DNA of 64,000 bases from an uncultured Bordetella sp. (GCA_964531455.1 CAZHFZ010000010.1:8806-72805), one strand, 5' to 3'. Shown: positions 48,134 through 58,453, counted from the first letter of the stretch. Notes: generated by a model not told the origin, from the letters alone. Numbers and translations are program-made.

Positions 48134-49720
48134 ATGGACGCAGCACACGCAAACTCTCACGACCACGACGATCACGGGCATAAACCGAGCGGAATCGCGC
48201 GCTGGGTGATGTCAACCAACCACAAGGACATCGGCACGATGTATCTGTGGTTCAGTTTCACGATGTTCCTCGTGGGCGGCGTGATGGCTTTGATCATCCG
48301 TTCCGAACTGTTCCAGCCCGGTCTGCAAATCGTGCAGCCGGACTTCTTCAATTCGATGACCACCTACCATGGCCTGATCATGGTGTTTGGCGCGATCATG
48401 CCGGCATTCGTCGGGTTTGCTAACTGGCTGATCCCGATGCAGGTTGGCGCGCCTGACATGGCGTTCCCGCGGATGAACAACCTTTCGTTCTGGCTGTTGC
48501 CCCCCGCAGCGTTGCTGTTGATCGCCGCGCAGTTCATGCCGGGCGGCGGTGCAGGTGTAGGCTGGACGATGTACGCGCCGCTGTCGACTCAGGCCGGCCC
48601 CGCGATGGATCTGACCATTTTTGCCGTGCACATCCTCGGCATCTCGTCGATCATGGGTTCGATCAACATCATCACCACCATCCTCAACATGCGCGCTCCC
48701 GGGCTGACGCTGATGAAGATGCCGCTGTTCTGCTGGACCTGGCTGATTACCGCCTATCTGCTGGTCGCCGTAATGCCGGTGCTCGCCGGTGCGGTCACGA
48801 TGACACTGACCGATCGTCACTTCGGAACGCATTTTTTCAATGCGGCCGGTGGCGGTGACCCCGTCCTTTACCAGCATATTTTCTGGTTCTTTGGTCATCC
48901 CGAGGTTTACATCATCGCAATCCCTGCGTTCGGTGTGGTGTCGCAGGTGATCCCTGCGTTCTCCCGCAAGCCCCTGTTCGGCTACGCTTCGATGGTCTAC
49001 GCAACAGCTTCGATCGCGATTCTGTCGTTCATGGTCTGGGCGCATCACATGTATACCTCCGGCATGCCGGTTGAGGCGCAGCTCTACTTCATGTACGCGA
49101 CAGTGCTGATTGCCGTACCCACGGGAGTCAAGGTGTTCAACTGGGTCGCCACGATGTGGAGGGGCTCACTGACATTCGAGACCCCGATGTTGTTTGCACT
49201 TGGCTTTCTGTTCCTGTTTACACTTGGCGGCTTTACCGGTCTTGTGCTATCGATCACACCGGTAGACGTGCAGCTGCACGACACCTACTACGTGGTGGCG
49301 CATTTCCACTACGTCATGGTTGCGGGCGCCCTGTTCTCCGCGTTTGCCGGCATCTATTTCTGGCTGCCGAAGTGGACCGGCAAGATGTACAACGAGACGC
49401 TGGGCAAGTGGCACTTCTGGCTGTCGCTGGTGTTCTTCAACGTCACCTTCTTCGTGCAGCATTTCCTGGGTCTGGCCGGCATGCCGCGCCGCATTCCGGA
49501 CTACGCGGTGCAGTTCACCGAGTTCAACATGATTTCGTCGATCGGTGCCTTCGGTTTTGGCCTGTCGCAGCTCCTGTTCCTCTACATCGTGATCAAGTGC
49601 ATCACCAGTGGAGAGAAAGCGCCCGACAAACCCTGGGAGGGCGCTGACAGCCTGGAATGGACGCATCTGCCCACCCCGGCGCCGTGGCACAGTTTTGAAA
49701 CACCTCCAGTCATCAAGTAA
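48134..49720 (+). CDS. coxA: Cytochrome c oxidase subunit I
   Basis: 12-TM protein with WFFGHPEVY and WAHHMYT motifs. Confidence 0.97.
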   Translation: MDAAHANSHDHDDHGHKPSGIARWVMSTNHKDIGTMYLWFSFTMFLVGGVMALIIRSELFQPGLQIVQPDFFNSMTTYHGLIMVFGAIMPAFVGFANWLIPMQVGAPDMAFPRMNNLSFWLLPPAALLLIAAQFMPGGGAGVGWTMYAPLSTQAGPAMDLTIFAVHILGISSIMGSINIITTILNMRAPGLTLMKMPLFCWTWLITAYLLVAVMPVLAGAVTMTLTDRHFGTHFFNAAGGGDPVLYQHIFWFFGHPEVYIIAIPAFGVVSQVIPAFSRKPLFGYASMVYATASIAILSFMVWAHHMYTSGMPVEAQLYFMYATVLIAVPTGVKVFNWVATMWRGSLTFETPMLFALGFLFLFTLGGFTGLVLSITPVDVQLHDTYYVVAHFHYVMVAGALFSAFAGIYFWLPKWTGKMYNETLGKWHFWLSLVFFNVTFFVQHFLGLAGMPRRIPDYAVQFTEFNMISSIGAFGFGLSQLLFLYIVIKCITSGEKAPDKPWEGADSLEWTHLPTPAPWHSFETPPVIK

Positions 49721-49726
49721 TTCGCG

Positions 49727-49840
49727 ATGACCCAGCTAGAAGTCAAACGCAACAACCGTCGCACTGCCGCTGTGCTGTGGCTGATTGTTGCTGCGTTTTT
49801 CTTCGGCATAATGGCTAAATACTACTTTCTGGCCCGATGA
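49727..49840 (+). CDS. 37-aa single-TM small protein (absent from ORF track); probable cytochrome oxidase small assembly protein
   Basis: My translation is MTQLEVKRNNRRTAAVLWLIVAAFFFGIMAKYYFLAR*. Its stop overlaps the ctaG ATG (ATGA). Confidence 0.5.
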   Translation: MTQLEVKRNNRRTAAVLWLIVAAFFFGIMAKYYFLAR

Positions 49841-50385
49841 ACAAAGAACGCGCCAATCGCCGGTTGTTGACCCGGCTGTCCATATTTGCCGTGGCAATGT
49901 TTGGCTTCGGATTCCTGCTGGTGCCGTTTTACGAAAAAATATGCGAAGTCACCGGGATCAATAATCTGATCAAGCCGGCGGCTGCTGTCGAGAACACGCA
50001 GGTCGACAAGACACGCTGGGTTACGCTGGAGTTTGATTCCAATGCCCACGGCCTTGAATGGGATTTCAAGCCGGTTCAGCGCAGCGTTCGGGTGCATCCG
50101 GGCGAGATGGTCCAGATTGAATACCAGGTCCGCAACAACGGTGAAAATGCGATCGTCGGACAGGCAATCCCGAGCTATGGCCCGAAACATGCCGCACCCT
50201 ATGTCAAAAAACTCGAATGTTTCTGCTTCAAGCAGCAACCGCTGCAGGCGGGCGAGGGCAAAATAATGCCGGTTCAGTTCGTCATTGATTCGACACTGCC
50301 GGCCGACGTGAATACGATTACGTTGTCTTACACCTTTTTCGAGGTCAAGGGCGCGGCAATACCCAAAGCCGGCGGCCAGGGATGA
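49837..50385 (+). CDS. ctaG: Cytochrome c oxidase assembly protein CtaG/Cox11
   Basis: Single TM helix and the Cu-binding motif LECFCF. Confidence 0.9.
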   Translation: MNKERANRRLLTRLSIFAVAMFGFGFLLVPFYEKICEVTGINNLIKPAAAVENTQVDKTRWVTLEFDSNAHGLEWDFKPVQRSVRVHPGEMVQIEYQVRNNGENAIVGQAIPSYGPKHAAPYVKKLECFCFKQQPLQAGEGKIMPVQFVIDSTLPADVNTITLSYTFFEVKGAAIPKAGGQG

Positions 50386-50588
50386 TGCAGGTAATGGCTG
50401 AGGTTCCGCAAAAAGCGACGCTGTTGCAGGTTGTGCGAATGGTTTTTTCGGCGTTTCTCGGCATACGCAAGCGCGTCGACCACGAGAGCATTGTTGTGAC
50501 GCCAGTTCAGGTCATCATCGTAGGCCTTATGGCAGCGGCGGTATTCGTCGGCACGGTGGTTTCTGTGGTGCGACTGGTCATACGCTGA
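50382..50588 (+). CDS. DUF2970-like small membrane protein
   Basis: LQVVRMVFSAFLGIRKR followed by one TM helix. ATGA overlap with ctaG. Confidence 0.6.
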   Translation: MMQVMAEVPQKATLLQVVRMVFSAFLGIRKRVDHESIVVTPVQVIIVGLMAAAVFVGTVVSVVRLVIR

Positions 50589-50637
50589 CCTGTTGCGCAA
50601 GTAGGATTCAACGCAAGGATTCAGGGGAGAAGTGGAA

Positions 50638-51492
50638 ATGTCGAATCAAGCATCAGGCAACTATTACCTGCCGCAGCCCTCGCACTGGCCGATTGTCGCT
50701 TCGGTTGCTCTGGGCTTCATCGGTTTTGGCGCCTCGTTTTCAGTCAACAAAATGCCGTTGGGCTATGTGTTGCTCGGCATCGGATTTCTGATCCTTTTCT
50801 TCATGTTTGCGGGCTGGTTTACTGCCGTTGCCCAGGAGTCGCAGGGGGGGCATTACAGCAAACAGGTTGACACGTCATTCCGCTGGGGCATGGGATGGTT
50901 CATATTCTCCGAGGTGATGTTTTTTGCCGCTTTCTTCGGCGTGCTGTTTTATATGCGGGTAATCTCCGTCCCTGACCTGGGATCACTGATTCACCAGGAG
51001 TTGCTGTGGCCCGGGTTCAAGTCTGCCTGGCCGGCGACCGGCCCCGGCATCAAGGAGACCTTCTCGCCGATGGGCGCATGGGGTATTCCGGCACTGAATA
51101 CGGCGCTGTTGTTGATGTCGGGTGTGACGCTGACCTGGGCGCACTGGGGATTGTTGAAGAATAAACGTTCACACCTCATCTGGGGCCTTGTCCTGACGAT
51201 CGCATTGGGCATGGTCTTCATGGGATTCCAAGTTTATGAGTATGTGCATGCCTACAATGACCTGAATCTCAAACTGACGATGGGCGCTTATGGCGCGACC
51301 TTCTTCATGCTGACGGGCTTCCATGGTTTCCATGTAACGATCGGCACCATCATGCTGTGGGTAATCCTGTTCCGGAGCGTGGCAGGACATTTCACCCCGG
51401 AGAGCCATTTTGGTTTCGAGGGCGTGGCCTGGTACTGGCACTTCGTCGACGTCGTCTGGCTGGTCCTTTTCGTGGTTGTCTATTGGCTTTAA
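50638..51492 (+). CDS. coxC: Cytochrome c oxidase subunit III
   Basis: 7-TM protein with an FHGFHVTIGT motif. Alternative GTG start at 50632. Confidence 0.95.
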   Translation: MSNQASGNYYLPQPSHWPIVASVALGFIGFGASFSVNKMPLGYVLLGIGFLILFFMFAGWFTAVAQESQGGHYSKQVDTSFRWGMGWFIFSEVMFFAAFFGVLFYMRVISVPDLGSLIHQELLWPGFKSAWPATGPGIKETFSPMGAWGIPALNTALLLMSGVTLTWAHWGLLKNKRSHLIWGLVLTIALGMVFMGFQVYEYVHAYNDLNLKLTMGAYGATFFMLTGFHGFHVTIGTIMLWVILFRSVAGHFTPESHFGFEGVAWYWHFVDVVWLVLFVVVYWL

Positions 51493-51586
51493 TGGTTTAA
51501 GGCGGCGAACCGCGCAGCCGGGCAGATACAAGCCGGTGAAGTGCGGTTTGCACGGGGAGGAGGTACCCCCGATTCGGGGATTTGAG

Positions 51587-51614
51587 CGCCGCGCGAGATC
51601 GCGGCGTTTTTTTT
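51587..51614 (+). terminator. Rho-independent terminator after coxC
   Basis: Stem CGCCGCG/CGCGGCG, a 6-nt loop and a T8 tail. Confidence 0.7.
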
Positions 51615-51662
51615 AGATGCAGCCCCGTGCCGGTTGCCGGAACGACAGGGACCAGTCCGTGT

Positions 51663-51857
51663 CTACAGTCGTGTGGTGATAAAGCCGAAATGAAAGCTCA
51701 GCATCAGCAGCAGGAACAGCGTGACGGACAGGGCGATCCTGACCGTCAACGCCTTGACCGTGCGTTCGGTAGTGCCGCGATCACGGATCATGTAATACAG
51801 CGCGGAACCGAGGCTGCCAAGTATGACAATGATGAAAAGTATGACGATTATGCGCAT
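51663..51857 (-). CDS. Twin-TM-helix small protein (DUF2909-like)
   Basis: 64 aa with two hydrophobic helices (MRIIVILFIIVILGSLG ... IALSVTLFLLLMLSF). Divergent from SURF1. Confidence 0.6.
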   Translation of the reverse strand: MRIIVILFIIVILGSLGSALYYMIRDRGTTERTVKALTVRIALSVTLFLLLMLSFHFGFITTRL

Positions 51858-51895
51858 GATGTTATGCGCCGAAGTGTAACCCAACCGGTATTCCA

Positions 51896-52624
51896 ATGGC
51901 GGCGATCAGTGTAGGTGCATTTACGTTCCAGCCCCGGATCTGGACGACGCTGCTGGCGACGGCAGGTGTGGTCCTGACTTTTTTTCTGGGCGAGTGGCAG
52001 ATTGGCCGCGCAGATTTTAAACAGGGTTTGCAGGACCGTCAGAATGTGATGGCGCTGGAACCTGCGATCACCATCGGCACCGCTACCCTGCCAACAGATG
52101 ATGTTCTGTTGCGCAAAGTGGAGGTTCGCGGCGAATTCGCCCCCCAATACACCGTGTTTGTCGACAATCGGCTGTACAAGCATCAGCCTGGATACCACGT
52201 GGCAACGCCGCTGCGCATTGCCGGTTCGCAGCGGTATGTCCTGGTCAATCGCGGCTGGATGCCCGCCAGCCGCGACCGCAGCATGCCGGTGGTGGAAACT
52301 CCCGCAGGTGAGCAGCTCATCAAAGGTACTGCTGTGGGGTTCAGCGAACGCTACCTTGAGCTTTCAACGAAGGTCGCCGAGGGCAACGTGTGGCAGAACC
52401 TGGTGTTCGAGCGTTATCACCAGGCAACCGGGCTTGATCTTCAGCCGTTCGTGATCCAGCAGGATAGCGCTGTGGATGACGGTATCAAGCGCGAATGGAG
52501 CCGCCCCGATCTCGGACGCAACACGCATCTTGCCTATGCATTCCAGTGGTATGCGTTAAGTCTGGCCATTCTTATTTACTACCTGGTAACCCATGTCAAA
52601 AGACGTTCAGCCCCAAAGCCGTAA
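51896..52624 (+). CDS. SURF1-family cytochrome oxidase assembly protein
   Basis: N- and C-terminal TM helices, with GEWQIGRADFK and LAYAFQWYAL motifs. Confidence 0.85.
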   Translation: MAAISVGAFTFQPRIWTTLLATAGVVLTFFLGEWQIGRADFKQGLQDRQNVMALEPAITIGTATLPTDDVLLRKVEVRGEFAPQYTVFVDNRLYKHQPGYHVATPLRIAGSQRYVLVNRGWMPASRDRSMPVVETPAGEQLIKGTAVGFSERYLELSTKVAEGNVWQNLVFERYHQATGLDLQPFVIQQDSAVDDGIKREWSRPDLGRNTHLAYAFQWYALSLAILIYYLVTHVKRRSAPKP

Positions 52625-53168
52625 GACGCTGTGGCTGGTGGCGGCGGTCTGCATTGCGCCGTTCATCGCCTCATTCGCGACCTATTATTTCTACAAGCCG
52701 GAAGGGCGCATTAACTACGGACAGTTGATGGAGGCGAAGAAGCTTCCTGTCGAACCGCTGATGCAGTCGGCCGGCGGCGGGTTCACGCTGCGTCAGCTTG
52801 AAGGCAAGTGGATTTTTCTGGTTGTCGATGAAGCCGCCTGCGATGCGTACTGCGAAAAAAAGCTGTGGCAGATCCGCCAGATCCGTAAAACCCAGGGCAA
52901 ATACCCGGAGCGCATCGAACGGATGTGGCTGATCACCGGTAAAGGCGAGCCGGCGCAGCGCTTGCGTACGGAATTTGAAGGCACGTGGATGATCAACGCC
53001 CAGGGCAGCGGTTTGCTGGAGGCCTTGCCTTATGAAGGTGCGCGCACGGATCACATTTATGTGATCGACCCGCTTGGAAATCTGGTACTTCGGTATCCGC
53101 GTGACGCCGATCCGAGCCGTATCCGCAAGGACATCGAGCGCTTGCTCAAGGTCTCTCGTATAGGTTGA
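52593..53168 (+). CDS. Membrane-anchored thioredoxin-fold-like protein with a CxxxC motif (cox-cluster associated)
   Basis: One TM helix and the motif FLVVDEAACDAYCEKKLW (C-x3-C). Conserved slot between SURF1 and ctaA. Confidence 0.5.
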   Translation: MSKDVQPQSRKTLWLVAAVCIAPFIASFATYYFYKPEGRINYGQLMEAKKLPVEPLMQSAGGGFTLRQLEGKWIFLVVDEAACDAYCEKKLWQIRQIRKTQGKYPERIERMWLITGKGEPAQRLRTEFEGTWMINAQGSGLLEALPYEGARTDHIYVIDPLGNLVLRYPRDADPSRIRKDIERLLKVSRIG

Positions 53169-53197
53169 TGTAAATAACTGTTTTTATTGGATATTTA

Positions 53198-54181
53198 ATG
53201 TTCCGCAAGCTCGTTTGGTTTGCCACCATCTACACCTTTGTGGTCGTGGTGGTTGGTGCGTATGTCCGTCTGTCCGACGCAGGATTGGGCTGTCCCGACT
53301 GGCCAGGCTGTTACGGCGAACTGACACCGCACCATGCACTGGACGATATCGCCAAGGCTGTTGAGGAGCAGGGCGGCACTCATGGTCCGGTATCGCTGAG
53401 CAAGGCGTGGAAGGAAATGTTCCATCGCTACATCGCGGGTGGATTGGGACTGCTGATTCTGGCCATTGCTGCCACGGCATGGTTGCGTCGTCGCGAATTG
53501 CAGCAGTCTCCGTTGCTGGCCACCGGCCTGGTGGCGCTGGTGATGTTCCAGGGGGCGCTGGGAATGTGGACGGTGACCATGCTGCTCAAGCCGGTGATCG
53601 TTACGTTACATCTGCTTGGCGGCGTTGCGACGCTGGCCTTGCTCGCGTTGCTCGGCCTGCGCCAGGAAAAATTTCAGGCGGTTCCGGGCGCAGCCCGGCT
53701 GCAACCCTGGGCGATGCTGGCATTGATGATTGTGGTCGTACAGATCCTGCTCGGCGGTTGGGTATCCACCAATTACGCCGCGCTGGCCTGCATCGATTTT
53801 CCCACCTGCCACGGCGAATGGTTGCCGCAAATGGATTTCCGCCATGGCTTCCAGCTGGTGCGGGAGCTGGGTATGACAGCCGCGGGTACCCACTTGAGCT
53901 ATGACGCCATTACCGCGATTCACTGGACACACCGCGTTGGTGCTTTGGTGACTTTCCTCTATGTTGGTGGCTTCGCCCTGTATCTGATGCGCAGTGCCGG
54001 ATTGGTCCGTTACGGAGTTGCCCTGCTGGCGGTTCTGCTGCTGCAGATTGCACTGGGTATCGCCAATGTGCTGGCAGGGCTGCCACTGGCAGTGGCGGCA
54101 GCGCATAATGCCGGCGCGGCGATTTTATTGCTTACCATGGTGGTGATAAACTTCGCCCTCCGCCAGAAACCCGCACCCTGA
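53198..54181 (+). CDS. ctaA: Heme A synthase (COX15/CtaA)
   Basis: 8 TM helices, a [12 protein letters not shown] motif and conserved His residues. Confidence 0.85.
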   Translation: MFRKLVWFATIYTFVVVVVGAYVRLSDAGLGCPDWPGCYGELTPHHALDDIAKAVEEQGGTHGPVSLSKAWKEMFHRYIAGGLGLLILAIAATAWLRRRELQQSPLLATGLVALVMFQGALGMWTVTMLLKPVIVTLHLLGGVATLALLALLGLRQEKFQAVPGAARLQPWAMLALMIVVVQILLGGWVSTNYAALACIDFPTCHGEWLPQMDFRHGFQLVRELGMTAAGTHLSYDAITAIHWTHRVGALVTFLYVGGFALYLMRSAGLVRYGVALLAVLLLQIALGIANVLAGLPLAVAAAHNAGAAILLLTMVVINFALRQKPAP

Positions 54182-55080
54182 TGTCTTCCACCGTCGCCGA
54201 TACCTCATTGTCGTCCCGCATCCAGCAGTTCTACGCGCTGACCAAGCCGCGCGTGGTGTCGCTGATCGTCTTTACCGCGGTGATCGGCATGTTCCTGGCG
54301 ACTCCGGGCATGGTGCCGGTCGTCATTCTTTTTGCGGCAACCGTGGGCATCGCGCTGGTAGCGGGCGCCGCCGCTGCTGTGAATTGCCTGGTGGAACAGA
54401 AAATCGATGCGCTGATGACGCGCACCAAATTCCGTCCATTGCCGCGCGGGCAGATCACGACGCTGGAGACGCTTGTTTTTTCCGGCATTGTCGGCGGCAT
54501 CGGACTGGGATTGTTGTATCACTGGGTCAATGCGCTGACGATGTGGCTGACACTGGCGACCTTTGTCGGTTACGCCGTCATCTACACGGTAATCCTCAAG
54601 CCAATGACCCCGCAAAACATCGTTATCGGTGGCGCATCCGGTGCGATGCCGCCGGTGCTGGGCTGGGCTGCCGTTACCGGAGACGTCACGCCGCAGGCGT
54701 TAACCCTGTTCCTGATCATTTTCGCGTGGACCCCGCCGCATTTCTGGGCGCTTGCGCTGTACCGCAAGCACGAATATGCCAAGGCCGGCGTACCGATGCT
54801 GCCGGTTACCCATGGCGATAAGTTCACCCGGCTGCATGTGCTGCTCTACACCATCGTGCTGCTGGCCTGTTCAGCGCTGCCGTTCGTAACCCGCCTGAGC
54901 GGGATGCCTTACCTGATCGCGGCGATGGTGCTCGGTGCGGTGTTCCTGTTTTATGCAGTGAAGATCTATACCGAATACAGCGATGCGCTTGCGCGGCGTA
55001 CTTTCCGTTATTCGATTCTCTATCTGACGCTTATATTTGCCGCGCTGCTGATTGATCATTACCTGCAGCTGTTTTTCTGA
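54181..55080 (+). CDS. ctaB: Protoheme IX farnesyltransferase (heme O synthase)
   Basis: UbiA-family polytopic membrane protein. YALTKPRV N-terminus and a [11 protein letters not shown] motif. Confidence 0.9.
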   Translation: MSSTVADTSLSSRIQQFYALTKPRVVSLIVFTAVIGMFLATPGMVPVVILFAATVGIALVAGAAAAVNCLVEQKIDALMTRTKFRPLPRGQITTLETLVFSGIVGGIGLGLLYHWVNALTMWLTLATFVGYAVIYTVILKPMTPQNIVIGGASGAMPPVLGWAAVTGDVTPQALTLFLIIFAWTPPHFWALALYRKHEYAKAGVPMLPVTHGDKFTRLHVLLYTIVLLACSALPFVTRLSGMPYLIAAMVLGAVFLFYAVKIYTEYSDALARRTFRYSILYLTLIFAALLIDHYLQLFF

Positions 55081-55087
55081 TCAACTT

Positions 55088-55675
55088 ATGAAGATTTTTT
55101 TCGCGGCACTGATGGCAGGTCTGGTTTTTTCTTTGGCCGGTTGTGGCGAACAGGGCGAAAAACCCGTGTTCAAACTGACTGATGTCACCGGCGCCTCGTT
55201 TGGCAAGACGCTGGAACTCAGCGACCACAACGGACAGCGGCGTACGCTGGCTGATTTCAAGGGCAAGGTTGTTGCGGTTTTTTTTGGTTTTACACATTGT
55301 CCTGACGTGTGTCCCACGACCCTGGTCGAGATGGCCAACGTGATGAAGGAACTTGGTGGCGATAGCGGTCGTTTGCAGGTGTTGTTTGTCAGCGTTGATC
55401 CGGAGCGTGATACTGCCGAGGTACTCAAGCGGTATGTGCCGGCATTCCATCCGTCATTTCTGGGGTTGACCGGGAATGCCGACGAAATCGCCCGTGCCGC
55501 CAAGGAGTTCAAGATCTATTACCAGAAGCAGAAATTGCCGAGCGGGGGATATACGATGGACCATTCCGCGGGCACCTTCATTCTCGATGACGAGGGCCGG
55601 CTTCGGTTATTCGCCCAGTACGGTGCGGGAACTCCCACGCTGTTACACGATATCCGCCAGTTGTTGAAAAAATAA
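55088..55675 (+). CDS. SCO1/SenC-family copper chaperone (lipoprotein)
   Basis: Lipobox SLAGC, the motif GFTHCPDVCP (CxxxC), and a downstream DHSAG His. Confidence 0.85.
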   Translation: MKIFFAALMAGLVFSLAGCGEQGEKPVFKLTDVTGASFGKTLELSDHNGQRRTLADFKGKVVAVFFGFTHCPDVCPTTLVEMANVMKELGGDSGRLQVLFVSVDPERDTAEVLKRYVPAFHPSFLGLTGNADEIARAAKEFKIYYQKQKLPSGGYTMDHSAGTFILDDEGRLRLFAQYGAGTPTLLHDIRQLLKK

Positions 55676-55702
55676 AAAAGCCCCGGTGCTCCGGGGCTTT
55701 TT
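55675..55702. terminator. Bidirectional terminator between the SCO gene and rpoH
   Basis: A-run, stem GCCCCGG/CCGGGGC with a 4-nt loop, then a T5 tail. Confidence 0.7.
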
Positions 55703-55721
55703 GTTGGGTCAGTGAGGCTGG

Positions 55722-56567
<846 letters not shown>

Positions 56568-56607
56568 CGTTAGCTCCTTCATGTGAATGAGTTTAGCACT
56601 CCTCATC

Positions 56608-56636
56608 TAAGAGTGCCAATAACCCCACGAAGTTCC
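56608..56636 (-). promoter_or_regulatory. SigmaE-type (ECF) promoter candidate upstream of rpoH
   Basis: The minus strand reads GGAACTT, a 17-nt spacer, then TCTTA. This compares with E. coli rpoH P3, GAACTT-N16-TCTGA. Confidence 0.4.
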
Positions 56637-56712
56637 CGCCGCGCCTGTGGAGTGACAGTTTAAAGTGTTGAAAACGACAATTTAAATTGAAGGATGGGTG
56701 TAAATTAAGTGA

Positions 56713-56735
56713 TTGAATATATTAATATTATTCAA
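56713..56735. repeat. Imperfect inverted repeat in the AT-rich junction
   Basis: TTGAATA-(9 nt)-TATTCAA, embedded in ~120 bp of very AT-rich DNA. Confidence 0.3.
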
Positions 56736-57079
56736 TAATTTCAATTAACCATCATTAAATTATAGTTAGCCACTTTCCCGAAAAGCACTTGCACCAAGCC
56801 TCGTATCCGAGAAGCCCTTCGGCTCGAAGTCGAAACAAGCGCTATCGGGTGGTGGCGGACGTCGTCGAGGTGGCTCGGGATCGGGCGAACGGTCTCGAGG
56901 GTGAGTTGCAGTGGCCAGGATGTGGCGACGTCGCTGGTCAGGGGCGGGATGGCTTGGGTGTATGACCGGTATTCGAGGGCGGATTCGCCACTTTACGGAG
57001 AGCAGGCTGCGCGGCGGGGGTTATGGGCGGACAAGGCGCCGATGGTGCCGTGGGAGTGGCGTCGAAAATAACTTCGTCA

Positions 57080-58453
57080 TTACCCTCCAAGCATTTCCGC
57101 AAATTGAGAAATGTCTTTTTCATGCTCAATCAGCTTCGTTTTCTCAATAATTCTTTGAGCCAATGCGTCATCAATTAAGTTATTCGATTGTCTTAGGAAT
57201 TTATCCGTAACATCACCCCAACCCATAGGATTGTTGGGATCCCCTTTGGGATAAAGAATTTCCTTCAGGAACGTGCCGCGTTGTGTTGTTATCTCCACAG
57301 CAGCCGGTCGCGCACCTTTCTTGAACAATGCCGTCAAATGCGGCTTGGCCTCAAGAGAGCACAATTTCATCAAATTGATGACATCCGCATTTTGCAGCCA
57401 CTTTTGTTCAAACTGTTCAGAAGTGCACTCACCAGCAACAAGTCCAACCACTGTGCAGTAGTAAAAACTATGGTCGGCCGTTTCCTTGTTTTGTGGGGCG
57501 TGCTTGTGATCATCCCAGCTGGGCTTGGTGACAGCTTCTTCATGAGCAAAGATGCGAATGCGTTGCACTTCATTGGGCTTAATGTTGTGCTCATTGCGGA
57601 GCTCAATGGCTGCCTGAACCATTGCTGGGGTCATGCCTTCTACAGGGTAGGGTTTAAGTCCGATCTTCATGATTCTGAAATCATCTAATGTCGGTACAAG
57701 AGGCTTCGCATCAACACCTCCAGCAACGGAATTGACGAATCCGTATGGCCCCTCTATCAAGGTTTCGCAACCCGTAAACCCTTTCTTCGCAAGAATGGCG
57801 TAGAGGATTGACTGGCTCGCCACTATCGGTGCGGAAAGAGCCTTATCCATCGGTATATTGCCGTGGCGTATTTCCGAGAAAGTATTTGCCCTTGCCCCGG
57901 AAAGCGCGATTGCATGACCAAGCTGGGTCTGGTTCAGCCCTAAGACACGTCCTGCCCCAGCTGCTGCTGCATATGAACAGGCTGCCGTGTGATGCCAGCC
58001 TCGATGCCATAGATTCTTTGGCACCGGTAGATCGGAGAATCGCAACTGCACTTCATACGCAACGATCAAGCCAAGCAGAAAATCAATACCAGAACACTTT
58101 TTCCATTCAGCCGCTGCAAGCACTGAAGCAATAGTGTCGCTTGGGTGCGCGGTCCATGCTGGTCCAAAATAAACGTCGTTGTAATCCTGATAGCGAATGG
58201 CAACCCCATTTGCAAGAGCCGCGAACTGGGTGTTGGTTTTGATGCCCTTTCCAAGAATTGTGGCTTGGGGATGCCCTCCCAATTCAGATACACCCTCACG
58301 CACAATGCACGCAGGCTGACTATTGAGACCCCCAAAACCGCAAGCAAGACTGTCAAGCAGTATGCGCTTGGCATAGTCGATAACATTTGGAGCTAAGTGC
58401 TCCGCGCTTAAGCCAGCGGCGTATTCGCCGATGGATTCTACGATCGTCCCCAT
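57080..58453 (-). CDS. MmgE/PrpD-family protein (2-methylcitrate dehydratase superfamily)
   Basis: 457 aa with collinear PrpD-like motifs (LLDSLACGFGG, AHPSD, GWHHTA..). Lower GC than the core. Confidence 0.85.
   Translation of the reverse strand: MGTIVESIGEYAAGLSAEHLAPNVIDYAKRILLDSLACGFGGLNSQPACIVREGVSELGGHPQATILGKGIKTNTQFAALANGVAIRYQDYNDVYFGPAWTAHPSDTIASVLAAAEWKKCSGIDFLLGLIVAYEVQLRFSDLPVPKNLWHRGWHHTAACSYAAAAGAGRVLGLNQTQLGHAIALSGARANTFSEIRHGNIPMDKALSAPIVASQSILYAILAKKGFTGCETLIEGPYGFVNSVAGGVDAKPLVPTLDDFRIMKIGLKPYPVEGMTPAMVQAAIELRNEHNIKPNEVQRIRIFAHEEAVTKPSWDDHKHAPQNKETADHSFYYCTVVGLVAGECTSEQFEQKWLQNADVINLMKLCSLEAKPHLTALFKKGARPAAVEITTQRGTFLKEILYPKGDPNNPMGWGDVTDKFLRQSNNLIDDALAQRIIEKTKLIEHEKDISQFAEMLGG

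Noticed and set aside
56769-56994. 8-nt direct repeat GCCACTTT at 56769 and 56987, considered as possible target-site duplication or att halves
   Set aside because: It is too short to exclude chance, nothing mobile lies between the copies, and they do not flank the low-GC block.
56911-57150. 79-aa plus-strand ORF and 63-aa minus-strand ORF (56938..57129) in the junction region
   Set aside because: They overlap each other, and the plus-strand ORF also runs ~70 nt into the 3' end of the PrpD-like gene. Their translations are Arg/Gly/Trp- or Pro-rich with no SD.
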